Source of the DNA: an uncultured Erysipelotrichaceae bacterium
Lineage (GTDB): Bacteria > Bacillota_I > Bacilli_A > RF39 > UBA660
NCBI GenBank assembly: GCA_902795215.1
Contig: CADBKG010000004.1
Span: 17,259-81,258, forward strand
Direction of reading: 5' to 3'
DNA: 64,000 nucleotides
A program made the position numbers and the translations under genes. This document shows positions 30,357 to 38,835 of this stretch, in pieces (position 1 is the first letter of the stretch; every line of letters starts with the position of its first letter). The notes under the pieces were generated by a model. The model ran no database searches and was not told the origin of the DNA. It saw only the letters and a program-made list of their open reading frames with translations.

Positions 30357-31235
30357 ATGAAAAGAAAACAAAATTTAGTTCTTCAACCGGTATTGAAATG
30401 GGCTGGTGGTAAAAGACAATTATTACCACAATTGGAAAAATTTTTTCCTAAGAAAAATATAACTTCATATTACGAACCTTTTATAGGTGGAGGAGCTGTG
30501 TTATTTCATTTACAACCTAAAAAAGCTGTAATTAATGATTATAATGAAGATTTAATTAATCTTTATAGATGTATAAAAGATAATCTTGAAGAATTAATAG
30601 AAAAATTAAAATATTATGAAACAAAGAATGATTCTGAAAGCTTTTATGAAATTAGAGGAATTGATAGGACTGAAGAATATAAAAAATGGTCACCTGTTGA
30701 AAAAGCAGCAAGATTAATATATTTAAATAGAACTTGCTACAATGGATTATTTAGAATGAATAGTGCAGGGCAATTTAATTCACCTTATGGATCTTATAAA
30801 AATCCTTGTATATGCAATGAACCTGTTCTTAGAGCTATGAGTAAATATTTTAATGAAAATGATATTGAATTCAGAGCTGGTGATTTTGAGGATGCGTGTA
30901 AGGATGCTCCTAAAGGTTCATTTATCTATTTGGATCCACCATATGATCAATATGATGAACAACTAAACTTTGTTGGATATACTAAAGACGGTTTTACTAG
31001 AGAAGATCAAACTAGATTAAAGAAAATGTGTGATAGATTAATTGAAAAAGGCTGTTATGTTATGATTAGTAATTCAAAAACACCTTTTATAGTTGATTTA
31101 TATAGTGACTCATCTAAGTATGTTACATATACAATTAATACTGTTAATGCCAGAAGAAATATTAATAGTAATGCAAAGAAAAGGGGAGAAGTTGAGGAGG
31201 TTTTGATCATTGGAAAATTGGATATCAAAAAATAA
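30357..31235 (+). CDS. Dam-class (D12) N6-adenine DNA methyltransferase
   Basis: KWAGGKRQLL, EPFIGGGAV (motif I) and YLDPPY (motif IV); ATG at 30357 after AGGTGG. Confidence 0.85.
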   Translation: MKRKQNLVLQPVLKWAGGKRQLLPQLEKFFPKKNITSYYEPFIGGGAVLFHLQPKKAVINDYNEDLINLYRCIKDNLEELIEKLKYYETKNDSESFYEIRGIDRTEEYKKWSPVEKAARLIYLNRTCYNGLFRMNSAGQFNSPYGSYKNPCICNEPVLRAMSKYFNENDIEFRAGDFEDACKDAPKGSFIYLDPPYDQYDEQLNFVGYTKDGFTREDQTRLKKMCDRLIEKGCYVMISNSKTPFIVDLYSDSSKYVTYTINTVNARRNINSNAKKRGEVEEVLIIGKLDIKK

Positions 31236-32505
31236 TGAAGCATGGAATTTATTATTTAAAACATTTAATATCATAGATGAAATTAATAAAAATGGGTATT
31301 TTGAAATAACAGCAGATGATATAAAAACTTCTGGCAGAGAACCTCGTTTAATGACAAAGTTTGATAGTAGTGAAAATTTACCAGATATTTTTAAAAGTAA
31401 TCAACTAGCTATATTACCAATAAAACGTGGCTCATATATTATTGGTAAATTTCAAAATTATCAATTAGTTGATATTAATAATGATATAGATGTTGAAACA
31501 AAGTATTTGCCAGATTATATATCTACTATAGATTACAATAATATAACAAGTGAGGCTATATCTTTAAATGCTGCGTATATATCAGGAATGCTTGAAGATA
31601 TAATAGGTGAACCAGTGGTTCCGACAATTTCTGGTAGAATGGGAACTGGTGAATTTAAGTATCAAATATTATTAAATGATCAAAATTCATTTGATATAAA
31701 TGTTGAAAATTCTCAAATGGAAATTGATGGAAGTTATGAAGGTATTTCCAAATTTGTTATATTAGAAGCAAAAAATCATTATATGAAAGATTTTATAATT
31801 AGACAATTGTATTATCCATATAAGGTATGGAAATCTAATACTAATAAGGAAATAATACCTATAATGTTAATAAAACATGACAATATATTTAATTTCTTTG
31901 TATATAGTTTTGAAAATGAAAATGATTATAATAGTATTAAACTAAAAGAAATAAAACGATATATATTAGATGAACCTTATAATCCTATTGAAGTGTCTGA
32001 TATTATGAATGTAATGGAAAATATTGAATTTGCTACAGAATCTAGTGATGTTCCTTTTCCACAAGCTAATACCTTTAATATAGTATTAGATTTATTAGGA
32101 CAATTAAATGGACAAGATATGACTCCAGATGATATAACAAACTTTTTAGAATACGATCCAAGACAAACTAACTATTATATTGATGCTGCAAAATATCTAG
32201 GATTTGTAACAAAAGATAAGAAGTATACATTAACTGAATATGGTAGACGTATAATGAAAATGAATCATAAAGATAGAACGTTGGAAATTGTTAAGAGCAT
32301 TTTATCCCATAAGCCTTTTTATTTAGCAATGAAACAACAATTAGTGGATTTTAATTTTAATATTGAAGAAATTGCTAAGTCTATAGATGAATGTAGAAAT
32401 GAAATAAATAAAGAAAGTACAGCAAAGAGAAGAACAAGTACTGTAACTGCTTGGATAAAATGGATTTTAGATATAACAAATTATATAGATAGGATTGAAA
32501 TATAA
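31210..32505 (+). CDS. Putative type II restriction endonuclease partner of the Dam-class methyltransferase
   Basis: TTG start 9 nt after GAGGAGG, overlapping the MTase 3' end (translational coupling). No motif recognised; called from context only. Confidence 0.4.
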   Translation: MENWISKNNEAWNLLFKTFNIIDEINKNGYFEITADDIKTSGREPRLMTKFDSSENLPDIFKSNQLAILPIKRGSYIIGKFQNYQLVDINNDIDVETKYLPDYISTIDYNNITSEAISLNAAYISGMLEDIIGEPVVPTISGRMGTGEFKYQILLNDQNSFDINVENSQMEIDGSYEGISKFVILEAKNHYMKDFIIRQLYYPYKVWKSNTNKEIIPIMLIKHDNIFNFFVYSFENENDYNSIKLKEIKRYILDEPYNPIEVSDIMNVMENIEFATESSDVPFPQANTFNIVLDLLGQLNGQDMTPDDITNFLEYDPRQTNYYIDAAKYLGFVTKDKKYTLTEYGRRIMKMNHKDRTLEIVKSILSHKPFYLAMKQQLVDFNFNIEEIAKSIDECRNEINKESTAKRRTSTVTAWIKWILDITNYIDRIEI

Positions 32506-32527
32506 GCAGAAATGCTTATATTTTTTT
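32502..32527 (+). terminator. Rho-independent terminator after the R-M module
   Basis: ATAAGCA-gaaa-TGCTTAT hairpin followed by TTTTTTT. Confidence 0.75.
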
Positions 32528-32577
32528 AATGTTTAATAATATTTTGATAATATTTAACAAATATTGTGCGAATATTG

Positions 32578-32606
32578 TTGACAAATAGCAATAAAAATGA
32601 TATTTT
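32578..32606 (+). promoter_or_regulatory. Sigma-A-type promoter of the GHKL cassette
   Basis: TTGACA (32578-32583), 17-nt spacer, TATTTT (32601-32606). Confidence 0.6.
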
Positions 32607-32629
32607 ATTCGTGAAAGGAAGAGATTTTT

Positions 32630-32848
32630 ATGAATGCTAAACAAGAAAACTTTAAAAGGATTGCAGAAAATAGGGTGAACAAAATAATTGACATGATCTC
32701 TAAACTTGAAAATTTAAACAACACATCATTTTATGAATATTCTGATGAACAAATGGAAAATATTTTTAAAGCTATTCAGAAGGAATTAGACAAACAAAAA
32801 GAATTATTCAATAAAAGTAAAAAAAGTAAAAAGAGATTTGAGTTGTAG
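32630..32848 (+). CDS. Small helical protein, first gene of the GHKL cassette
   Basis: 72 aa; RBS AAAGGAAGAG; Lys-rich C-terminus. Confidence 0.5.
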   Translation: MNAKQENFKRIAENRVNKIIDMISKLENLNNTSFYEYSDEQMENIFKAIQKELDKQKELFNKSKKSKKRFEL

Positions 32849-32859
32849 GAGGTGTATTT

Positions 32860-34791
32860 ATGGGATTATTTAATAATATTTTAGGTAACAAAAATTACAA
32901 ATGGAAGTTTATAGAAAATGGTAATGGTCCAGAGTATAGTCTTGACTCTACTGATGTTGAAACATTCAAAAAGGATCCAATTGCGTCTATAGCTAGAGAG
33001 TTATGCCAAAACTCAATAGATGCTAGAAAAGGTACAGAACCGGTTGTAGTAGAATTTAAATCTTTCTATTTAAATACAAAAGATTTACCTGGAATAGATG
33101 CTTTAAAACGTGAAATGATTTGTTGCCGTGATTCACATCAACAAGGAACAAAATATTATAAAAAATTTGATAGTATGGTTTCTCACTTAGAAAGAGAACA
33201 AATATTATGCTTAAGAGTTAGTGATTACAATACTAAAGGCCTTGAAGGCGTTAAATCTTTTGATAGAAATAAGGCATTTTATTATCTAACTAAAGGAAAT
33301 GGATTAACTACTAAAGATAATGCAACTAGTGGAGGTTCAAAGGGAATTGGAAAATTTGCATCATTTGTTGCAAGTGATTTGCAAACAGTATTCTATTCTA
33401 CATTAAATGAAGATAACGAAGAAGGATATTTAGGAATTGCTAAGTTAGCATCAAGATTATTGGATGAAGAATCTGGGATGTGTACTACTGGGTATGGCTA
33501 TTATTGTTATACAGAAAAAGTTTTACCGATATTAGAAAAATTAGTTTTAGATAAAGAATTTACAAGAACTCAATCCGGAACTGATGTATATATTATTGAT
33601 TTTAGAGCAGAAGAAAACTGGAAATCTAGTATTATAACAAAAGTTCTAGATAGCTTTATGGTAGCTATAGATAAAGGAGATTTAATTGTAAGTGTTGATG
33701 GTACAAATATAAGCAATGAAACACTAAGAGATATTGTTTATACAAATGAAATAACTGAATCAGATAAAAGAAATATTATAGGTCAATATATATTATTGAA
33801 TGATGCGACAGTATTTAAAAAAGAAGTTGATATTCGCGGTTATGGTAACATCAAAATACTATTGAAGGATTTTAATAAACAAGAAGAATCATTAGCAACA
33901 AATAAATGTATTATGGTTAGATATCCATATATGAAAATAACTGATAAGAAGATTCCATTTCCTAAACCATCTTCAGCAATGTGTATAATTGAAAAAAATG
34001 AATTAAATAGTATATTAAGGTCAATAGAAAATCCACAACATACTGATTGGGAACCAAACAGAATTCAAGATGATGTTGAATTCAGGCTTGAAATAAAACG
34101 AGTAATAAAAACAATACGTAATGAAGTTCAATTATTTGCTAATGAATGTTTATTATCAGCTGATGATAAAGAATTAGATGTAGATGGAGCGGGAGAGTTC
34201 TTGGCAGATACTGAATTTGGTGGTACAAATGGAGATTCTGGAATAGAGAAGACAGAAAAGCCAAAAATTATAAATAGTAGAAAAGTAGTTTTGACTAATA
34301 ATGTTGGAGATAGTTCTAATGTTGATGATGTTAGTAATATTTTGGATGTTGGAACTAGAACTGATGATGGAGATGAAACTAATAGTACTGAAGGGCATAA
34401 TCAAGGCTCTGGCGGAGAAATTCATGAAGGTGAAAATAATAAACAAGGATTCAATGAAGATGGAACAGATGAAATACTAAGAACAGTTAATCTTAGTGGA
34501 ATTAAAGCTAAAACATTAATATTAGATAGAGAATCTGGAAAATACCTAATCAGTTTTACTTCTATTTACGATGAGCCTAATTGTGAAATGGAATTGTTTT
34601 ATTTAGATGATAATGGTTCAAAGTATAAAACAAATATTAAAAAATGTATATTAAATGGGGAAGAATATACTGTTGAGAATAATTTAGTTAAGAATATTAA
34701 ATTAGAAAAAGATAAAAAATATAAGTTTGAATTAGATACTAATTTAGACGACATTTATGTATGTGAGGTGAAGTTATATGCAAATAGGTAA
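32860..34791 (+). CDS. GHKL/Bergerat-fold (MutL/MORC/Hsp90-like) ATPase with an acidic low-complexity linker and a C-terminal beta-rich domain
   Basis: N-box ARELCQNSIDA, degenerate G1 box VSDYNTKGLEG, G2 box GGSKGIGKFASF; D/N/G-rich linker at about aa 440-530. Confidence 0.6.
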   Translation: MGLFNNILGNKNYKWKFIENGNGPEYSLDSTDVETFKKDPIASIARELCQNSIDARKGTEPVVVEFKSFYLNTKDLPGIDALKREMICCRDSHQQGTKYYKKFDSMVSHLEREQILCLRVSDYNTKGLEGVKSFDRNKAFYYLTKGNGLTTKDNATSGGSKGIGKFASFVASDLQTVFYSTLNEDNEEGYLGIAKLASRLLDEESGMCTTGYGYYCYTEKVLPILEKLVLDKEFTRTQSGTDVYIIDFRAEENWKSSIITKVLDSFMVAIDKGDLIVSVDGTNISNETLRDIVYTNEITESDKRNIIGQYILLNDATVFKKEVDIRGYGNIKILLKDFNKQEESLATNKCIMVRYPYMKITDKKIPFPKPSSAMCIIEKNELNSILRSIENPQHTDWEPNRIQDDVEFRLEIKRVIKTIRNEVQLFANECLLSADDKELDVDGAGEFLADTEFGGTNGDSGIEKTEKPKIINSRKVVLTNNVGDSSNVDDVSNILDVGTRTDDGDETNSTEGHNQGSGGEIHEGENNKQGFNEDGTDEILRTVNLSGIKAKTLILDRESGKYLISFTSIYDEPNCEMELFYLDDNGSKYKTNIKKCILNGEEYTVENNLVKNIKLEKDKKYKFELDTNLDDIYVCEVKLYANR

Positions 34792-35692
34792 AAAAGGATT
34801 TCCATATCCAATATTAAATAATGCAAAAAATTTCAACTGCTATGTAAATGATACGTATGCTTTAGAATTAGAAGAAGTTGAGGATGGTGATAATTACATT
34901 TTAAAAAATGTTCACATTGAGACTAATAGCAACCTTCTAAAAGAATTACTACGCAATAATAAAGCTAAAGCAATGATAATGATAGAATGTTCGCCAACTT
35001 TATTTAAATATTCTGAAGAAATTTCTATAGAGCCTAAAGATATCATAATTCCTATTAATAAGTTATCAGGCAGAGTTGAAATTTCAAGTATAACATACGC
35101 AACAGATACAATAAGTGATTTTAAAAGTTCTGATTTTATTGATGACTATTCCGGTTATTCATTTAAAATTGAAAAGTATTGTCCTATAGCATTAGATGAT
35201 GGAATTGTATCTAAAATAGAATATGATGACTTAGAAGATAAAAAAGTTTCATCAATATTTAGAGTTGTTCCAAGTTTTGACTCTGAAAGAAAAATAATGA
35301 ATGTTATAAACGATGATAAAATAATAAAAATTGAATTACCAAAAAAAGAACATGAAAATTTTGATAGACTAAATGGACAACCTATATTTCAACATATATT
35401 TTTTTCTATAATAATAATACCAGCTTTATCAATGTGCTTAAAAGAAATACAAGATGAATTAAAATATCAAGATAAAATTATAGAAGATATAATAGATGTA
35501 CATACATGGTTTATATCAGTTCAAAATTCATATAAAAAATTAACCGGAACTGAACTGACTGAAGAAATATTCATGGCACTTGATGTTCTAGAATTATCAC
35601 AAATGATTATGGATGATTGTATAGTAAACTCTATAGATGATTTCTACGATATAATCACAAGAACAAATGATTCAGATGAGGAGGAAATATAA
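34778..35692 (+). CDS. Unknown protein, cassette gene 3
   Basis: 304 aa; overlaps the upstream gene by 14 nt; no motif recognised. Confidence 0.5.
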   Translation: MQIGKKGFPYPILNNAKNFNCYVNDTYALELEEVEDGDNYILKNVHIETNSNLLKELLRNNKAKAMIMIECSPTLFKYSEEISIEPKDIIIPINKLSGRVEISSITYATDTISDFKSSDFIDDYSGYSFKIEKYCPIALDDGIVSKIEYDDLEDKKVSSIFRVVPSFDSERKIMNVINDDKIIKIELPKKEHENFDRLNGQPIFQHIFFSIIIIPALSMCLKEIQDELKYQDKIIEDIIDVHTWFISVQNSYKKLTGTELTEEIFMALDVLELSQMIMDDCIVNSIDDFYDIITRTNDSDEEEI

Positions 35693-36507
35693 TGAATAAT
35701 AATGTTATAAATATATCATTTATGAATGAAAAATTATTAGATACTTTATATAGTAATCCTAAAAAAGTTGCTGAATATATGAATGAAAATCCATATGATT
35801 CAAAATGGTTAAAACAATTACTAGATGAAACTCCATTTGAACCAAGAAAACAAAAAATAACAGATTTTGATTTGAAGTTAGCAAGTGATGGAAAATACAA
35901 AAATGTAGAATTAGAAAATGCTATTTCTTTATATGAACATATAAAAGATTTACCAAGATATATTCTAGTTGATAATAGATTTTGGCTTTGGCTAGAATTT
36001 GGTAAATTTTATAGAGTTGCATTACAAGCTATGCCTTTAACAACTGATACAAGATTGGAATACAGTTGGTTATTTAAGGAAGGTAAAAGAGGTATTTGGA
36101 GAAATACTTTTGCTAGGGGATATTTCTGGGTAGAATTTACAGTTGATGAATCAAGAAAAGATATTTATGAACTTACTAAATTTGTATTTGAAAAAACAGA
36201 AAGAATAAGAAACTTAACATTTGATAATAAATATAGAAGTGTTGTTTTAAATACAATTAGAGCAGAAAAGGATATTTATGATAAATATATTTCTGATCCT
36301 AATTATAAAGAGACAATGGAAAAATGTGAAAAAGGTATAGAAACATATAATATTTATACTTTCATAAGAAAATCATTGTCACTATATGGTTCAGCAAGAA
36401 TACTAGATTTTATGGATGATAAGGACTTATATGATGTTATATATGAAAAACTAGATAAAGCTGTTCAAGAAGTTCATAATGGTAATATTGAATATTTGAA
36501 GAAATAG
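35692..36507 (+). CDS. Unknown protein, cassette gene 4
   Basis: 271 aa; TAATG overlap with gene 3; Trp-rich helical region (NRFWLWLEFGKFY, YFWVEF). Confidence 0.5.
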   Translation: MNNNVINISFMNEKLLDTLYSNPKKVAEYMNENPYDSKWLKQLLDETPFEPRKQKITDFDLKLASDGKYKNVELENAISLYEHIKDLPRYILVDNRFWLWLEFGKFYRVALQAMPLTTDTRLEYSWLFKEGKRGIWRNTFARGYFWVEFTVDESRKDIYELTKFVFEKTERIRNLTFDNKYRSVVLNTIRAEKDIYDKYISDPNYKETMEKCEKGIETYNIYTFIRKSLSLYGSARILDFMDDKDLYDVIYEKLDKAVQEVHNGNIEYLKK

Positions 36508-36545
36508 AATGCTAAAAAGTATTATAAAATAAATGTGATAAAAAA

Positions 36546-36593
36546 GGGCGCTAGTACAGGCTTTGTTAAGAAGTTTTTGTAGTGGCGTTTTTT
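36546..36593 (+). repeat. Terminator-like hairpin element shared with 45618-45667
   Basis: GCGCTAGTACAGGCTT (16 nt) and AAGTTTTTGTA (11 nt) are identical in both copies; stem GCGCTAGTACA/TGTAGTGGCG plus a T-run. Confidence 0.6.
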
Positions 36594-36613
36594 AATAAAG
36601 GAAGTGATTTTAT

Positions 36614-38023
36614 ATGGCAATAACTGTAACAGATTATTTAAATATTGATAAAAGACAATTCGATGAATTAGGTGCGTTTGATAGTTTCCTTGATATTAAT
36701 TCAAAATTGTTTGTATCACCCATGTTATTAAAAAGAACAAATAATGAATATTTTATAGGCTCATATGAAAAAATACAAAAACAATTTAATATTATACTGA
36801 AATTGTTAAAAATATCTAAAAAAAGAGGAGATAGATTTTGGAATCAAGCTGTAAAAATGTTAGTTTCAAGAGAACAAAAAGGAATTTCTTTAGGATATGC
36901 GAAAACAAGTGATAAAGGCTCAGGTATATCCTATGAAATATCTGAAAATATAATTTCGGTAGCCAAAGAGTTTGTAGATATAGAAAAAGACTTTCCTGAA
37001 ATATTTGAAGTAATGTGCATATTTGAAAAAGGAATTGGTAGTGATCGTATCAGTGATATTATATTAAATAATATAAAAGATAAAATATATGGATATTCAG
37101 AATATATTTTTTCTCATTTTGATATTAGTAAAAAGAAAATAAAGTTTGAACAAAAAATATATAATTTACCGTTTAACGAATATAATAATGAACCAATTCT
37201 AGTTATAGATAGAAACCTGTTACTTGATTTACCAATTGCGGAGAATTTTAGTGATATTGATTATGTAGCATCATTTAATGAAAAAATTAGACAGGAATTT
37301 TCTAGTTATTTAAATATTTCTAATAAAAAGAAAAAGTTAGATAAAGATGAAATAAAGAGATTATTTATTGGGAATGATTCTTTCTTTAATAGTTTTTTAG
37401 AAAAATATAGAGAAGATGAAGTTTTACCTTATGATTTTGAAAAAGATAAAAACGGAGAAATAAAATGGTATTATATATCTAAACAATACGTAACTGAAAA
37501 TCCAATGAGATTAGAAAAAACAGAAGATGTATATGAAATAACCAAAAAAATATGTTTGCAGTTTAAATATTTAATTGAAGAAAAAGGATTGTGGAAATCT
37601 TTATATGACGATAGCGGAAATCCTTTGAATGAGAATCATAGTCAAATGTTATTTTTTGGTATTGCTGATTCATATTGTAAAGCTAATAATATTGATATAT
37701 CGAGAGAAAACAATAATGGCAATGGACCAGTAGATTTTAAATTAAGCAAGGGATTTTTCGATAAAATTGTAGTAGAAGTAAAAAAATCATCAAATCCTCA
37801 ATTATTACATTGTTATGAGGTTCAAATACCAATATATATGAATCAAGAAGAAGTAAAAAAAGCAATATATTTATTCATTGATCTTGGAGATAATGATGTA
37901 AGAGTTACAAAATTTAAAAATGAAATCAGCAGATATAAAGATACAAAAATAGAACTTATAGAAATAGATGGAAGAAAAAAGGAAAGTGCTAGCAAAAGAA
38001 CTAGATCTCAAAAAGAGTTCTAG
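36614..38023 (+). CDS. Protein with a C-terminal PD-(D/E)xK nuclease-like motif, cassette gene 5
   Basis: ...NGNGPVDFKLSKGFFDKIVVEVKKS... gives the D-x(n)-E-x-K pattern of restriction-endonuclease-fold enzymes; the N-terminal ~330 aa are unknown. Confidence 0.5.
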   Translation: MAITVTDYLNIDKRQFDELGAFDSFLDINSKLFVSPMLLKRTNNEYFIGSYEKIQKQFNIILKLLKISKKRGDRFWNQAVKMLVSREQKGISLGYAKTSDKGSGISYEISENIISVAKEFVDIEKDFPEIFEVMCIFEKGIGSDRISDIILNNIKDKIYGYSEYIFSHFDISKKKIKFEQKIYNLPFNEYNNEPILVIDRNLLLDLPIAENFSDIDYVASFNEKIRQEFSSYLNISNKKKKLDKDEIKRLFIGNDSFFNSFLEKYREDEVLPYDFEKDKNGEIKWYYISKQYVTENPMRLEKTEDVYEITKKICLQFKYLIEEKGLWKSLYDDSGNPLNENHSQMLFFGIADSYCKANNIDISRENNNGNGPVDFKLSKGFFDKIVVEVKKSSNPQLLHCYEVQIPIYMNQEEVKKAIYLFIDLGDNDVRVTKFKNEISRYKDTKIELIEIDGRKKESASKRTRSQKEF

Positions 38024-38033
38024 TTCCTTTTTT
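37998..38033 (+). terminator. Rho-independent terminator ending the cassette
   Basis: GAACTAGA...TCTAGTTC hairpin followed by a T-run. Confidence 0.65.
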
Positions 38034-38095
38034 GTAATACCTTTTTTCATAGTGATTTAACAATTTTTGATTATTTTTAAGATTACTTTTACATC

Positions 38096-38233
38096 CCATT
38101 TTAGATGTTTTCGTGGTATCTAAAATTTTAAGTGAAATTGAACTACAGTGTACAAACCCTTATTTTATAAGGAAAAATGTGTACTGTGGTGTACAAAAGA
38201 TTGGCTAAATCTCTACGCCCCCTGAAGAGAGCA
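38096..38233 (+). repeat. Right-boundary partial copy of the 29258-29371 unit
   Basis: CCATTTTAGAT (38096-38106), CCTTATTTTATAAGG (38158-38172) and CTGAAGAGAGCA (38222-38233) lie in the same orientation as the left copy; the 5' GCTCTCTTC partner is absent. Confidence 0.5.
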
Positions 38234-38266
38234 AAATTAACTTATAAAAAACAATATAGTTTTCAA

Positions 38267-38698
38267 TTACTTTTTTATTTCTTCTATAAACAATTCTACT
38301 GCTTTTTTTTGATATGGCAATGGAAGGTTAATATCATTGATATCAATAAATTCATAACTACTTTCACATTTAATATCTAAATATTCATCTATATCAATAT
38401 AATAGAAGTGAGCAAGGGATTCCATTGGGTAATTTCCACTTGCTAACCAATAACAGTCTATTGTAATAAAATGCTTAATATTCTTAATCTTTATACCTGT
38501 TTCTTCTAGAAATTCTCTTTTTAAAGCTTCATGTTTTGTTTCATTATTATCTATTCCACCACCTATGAGTGAATATTGATTATACTTTTTATCATATGTT
38601 ACTAATATTTTATTGTTCTTTATATATAAACCAAAACAAGTTTCTCTAAAATCATATTTTAGAGTATTATCCTTTGTGCCCAACTTAATTATTCTCAT
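38267..38698 (-). CDS. NUDIX hydrolase
   Basis: Nudix box GGGIDNNETKHEALKREFLEETGI. Confidence 0.8.
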   Translation of the reverse strand: MRIIKLGTKDNTLKYDFRETCFGLYIKNNKILVTYDKKYNQYSLIGGGIDNNETKHEALKREFLEETGIKIKNIKHFITIDCYWLASGNYPMESLAHFYYIDIDEYLDIKCESSYEFIDINDINLPLPYQKKAVELFIEEIKK

Positions 38699-38835
38699 AT
38701 TACCTTCCTACATCTAACACTATACATTATATCATAATTAAACGAATTATTTTAAGTTGTATATCATTTGGGCTTAGATATTAATACTCTTTATATCAAA
38801 ATATGATATAATAAAAATATGATAGGAGTGTTAGT

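Larger units (their letters stand above)
29250..38240. mobile_element. Integrase-less genomic island (R-M module plus GHKL/PD-(D/E)xK cassette) bounded by related repeat units
   Basis: Repeat blocks CCATTTTAGAT, CCTTATTTTATAAGG and CTGAAGAGAGCA occur at both ends (29297-29372 and 38096-38233). All enclosed genes are defence-type; no recombinase lies inside. Confidence 0.5.

Noticed and set aside
38177-38380. 67-aa + strand ORF across the island's right boundary
   Set aside because: It spans the repeat blocks and then runs antisense into the 3' end of the NUDIX gene. It has no RBS and a composition typical of noncoding AT-rich DNA.
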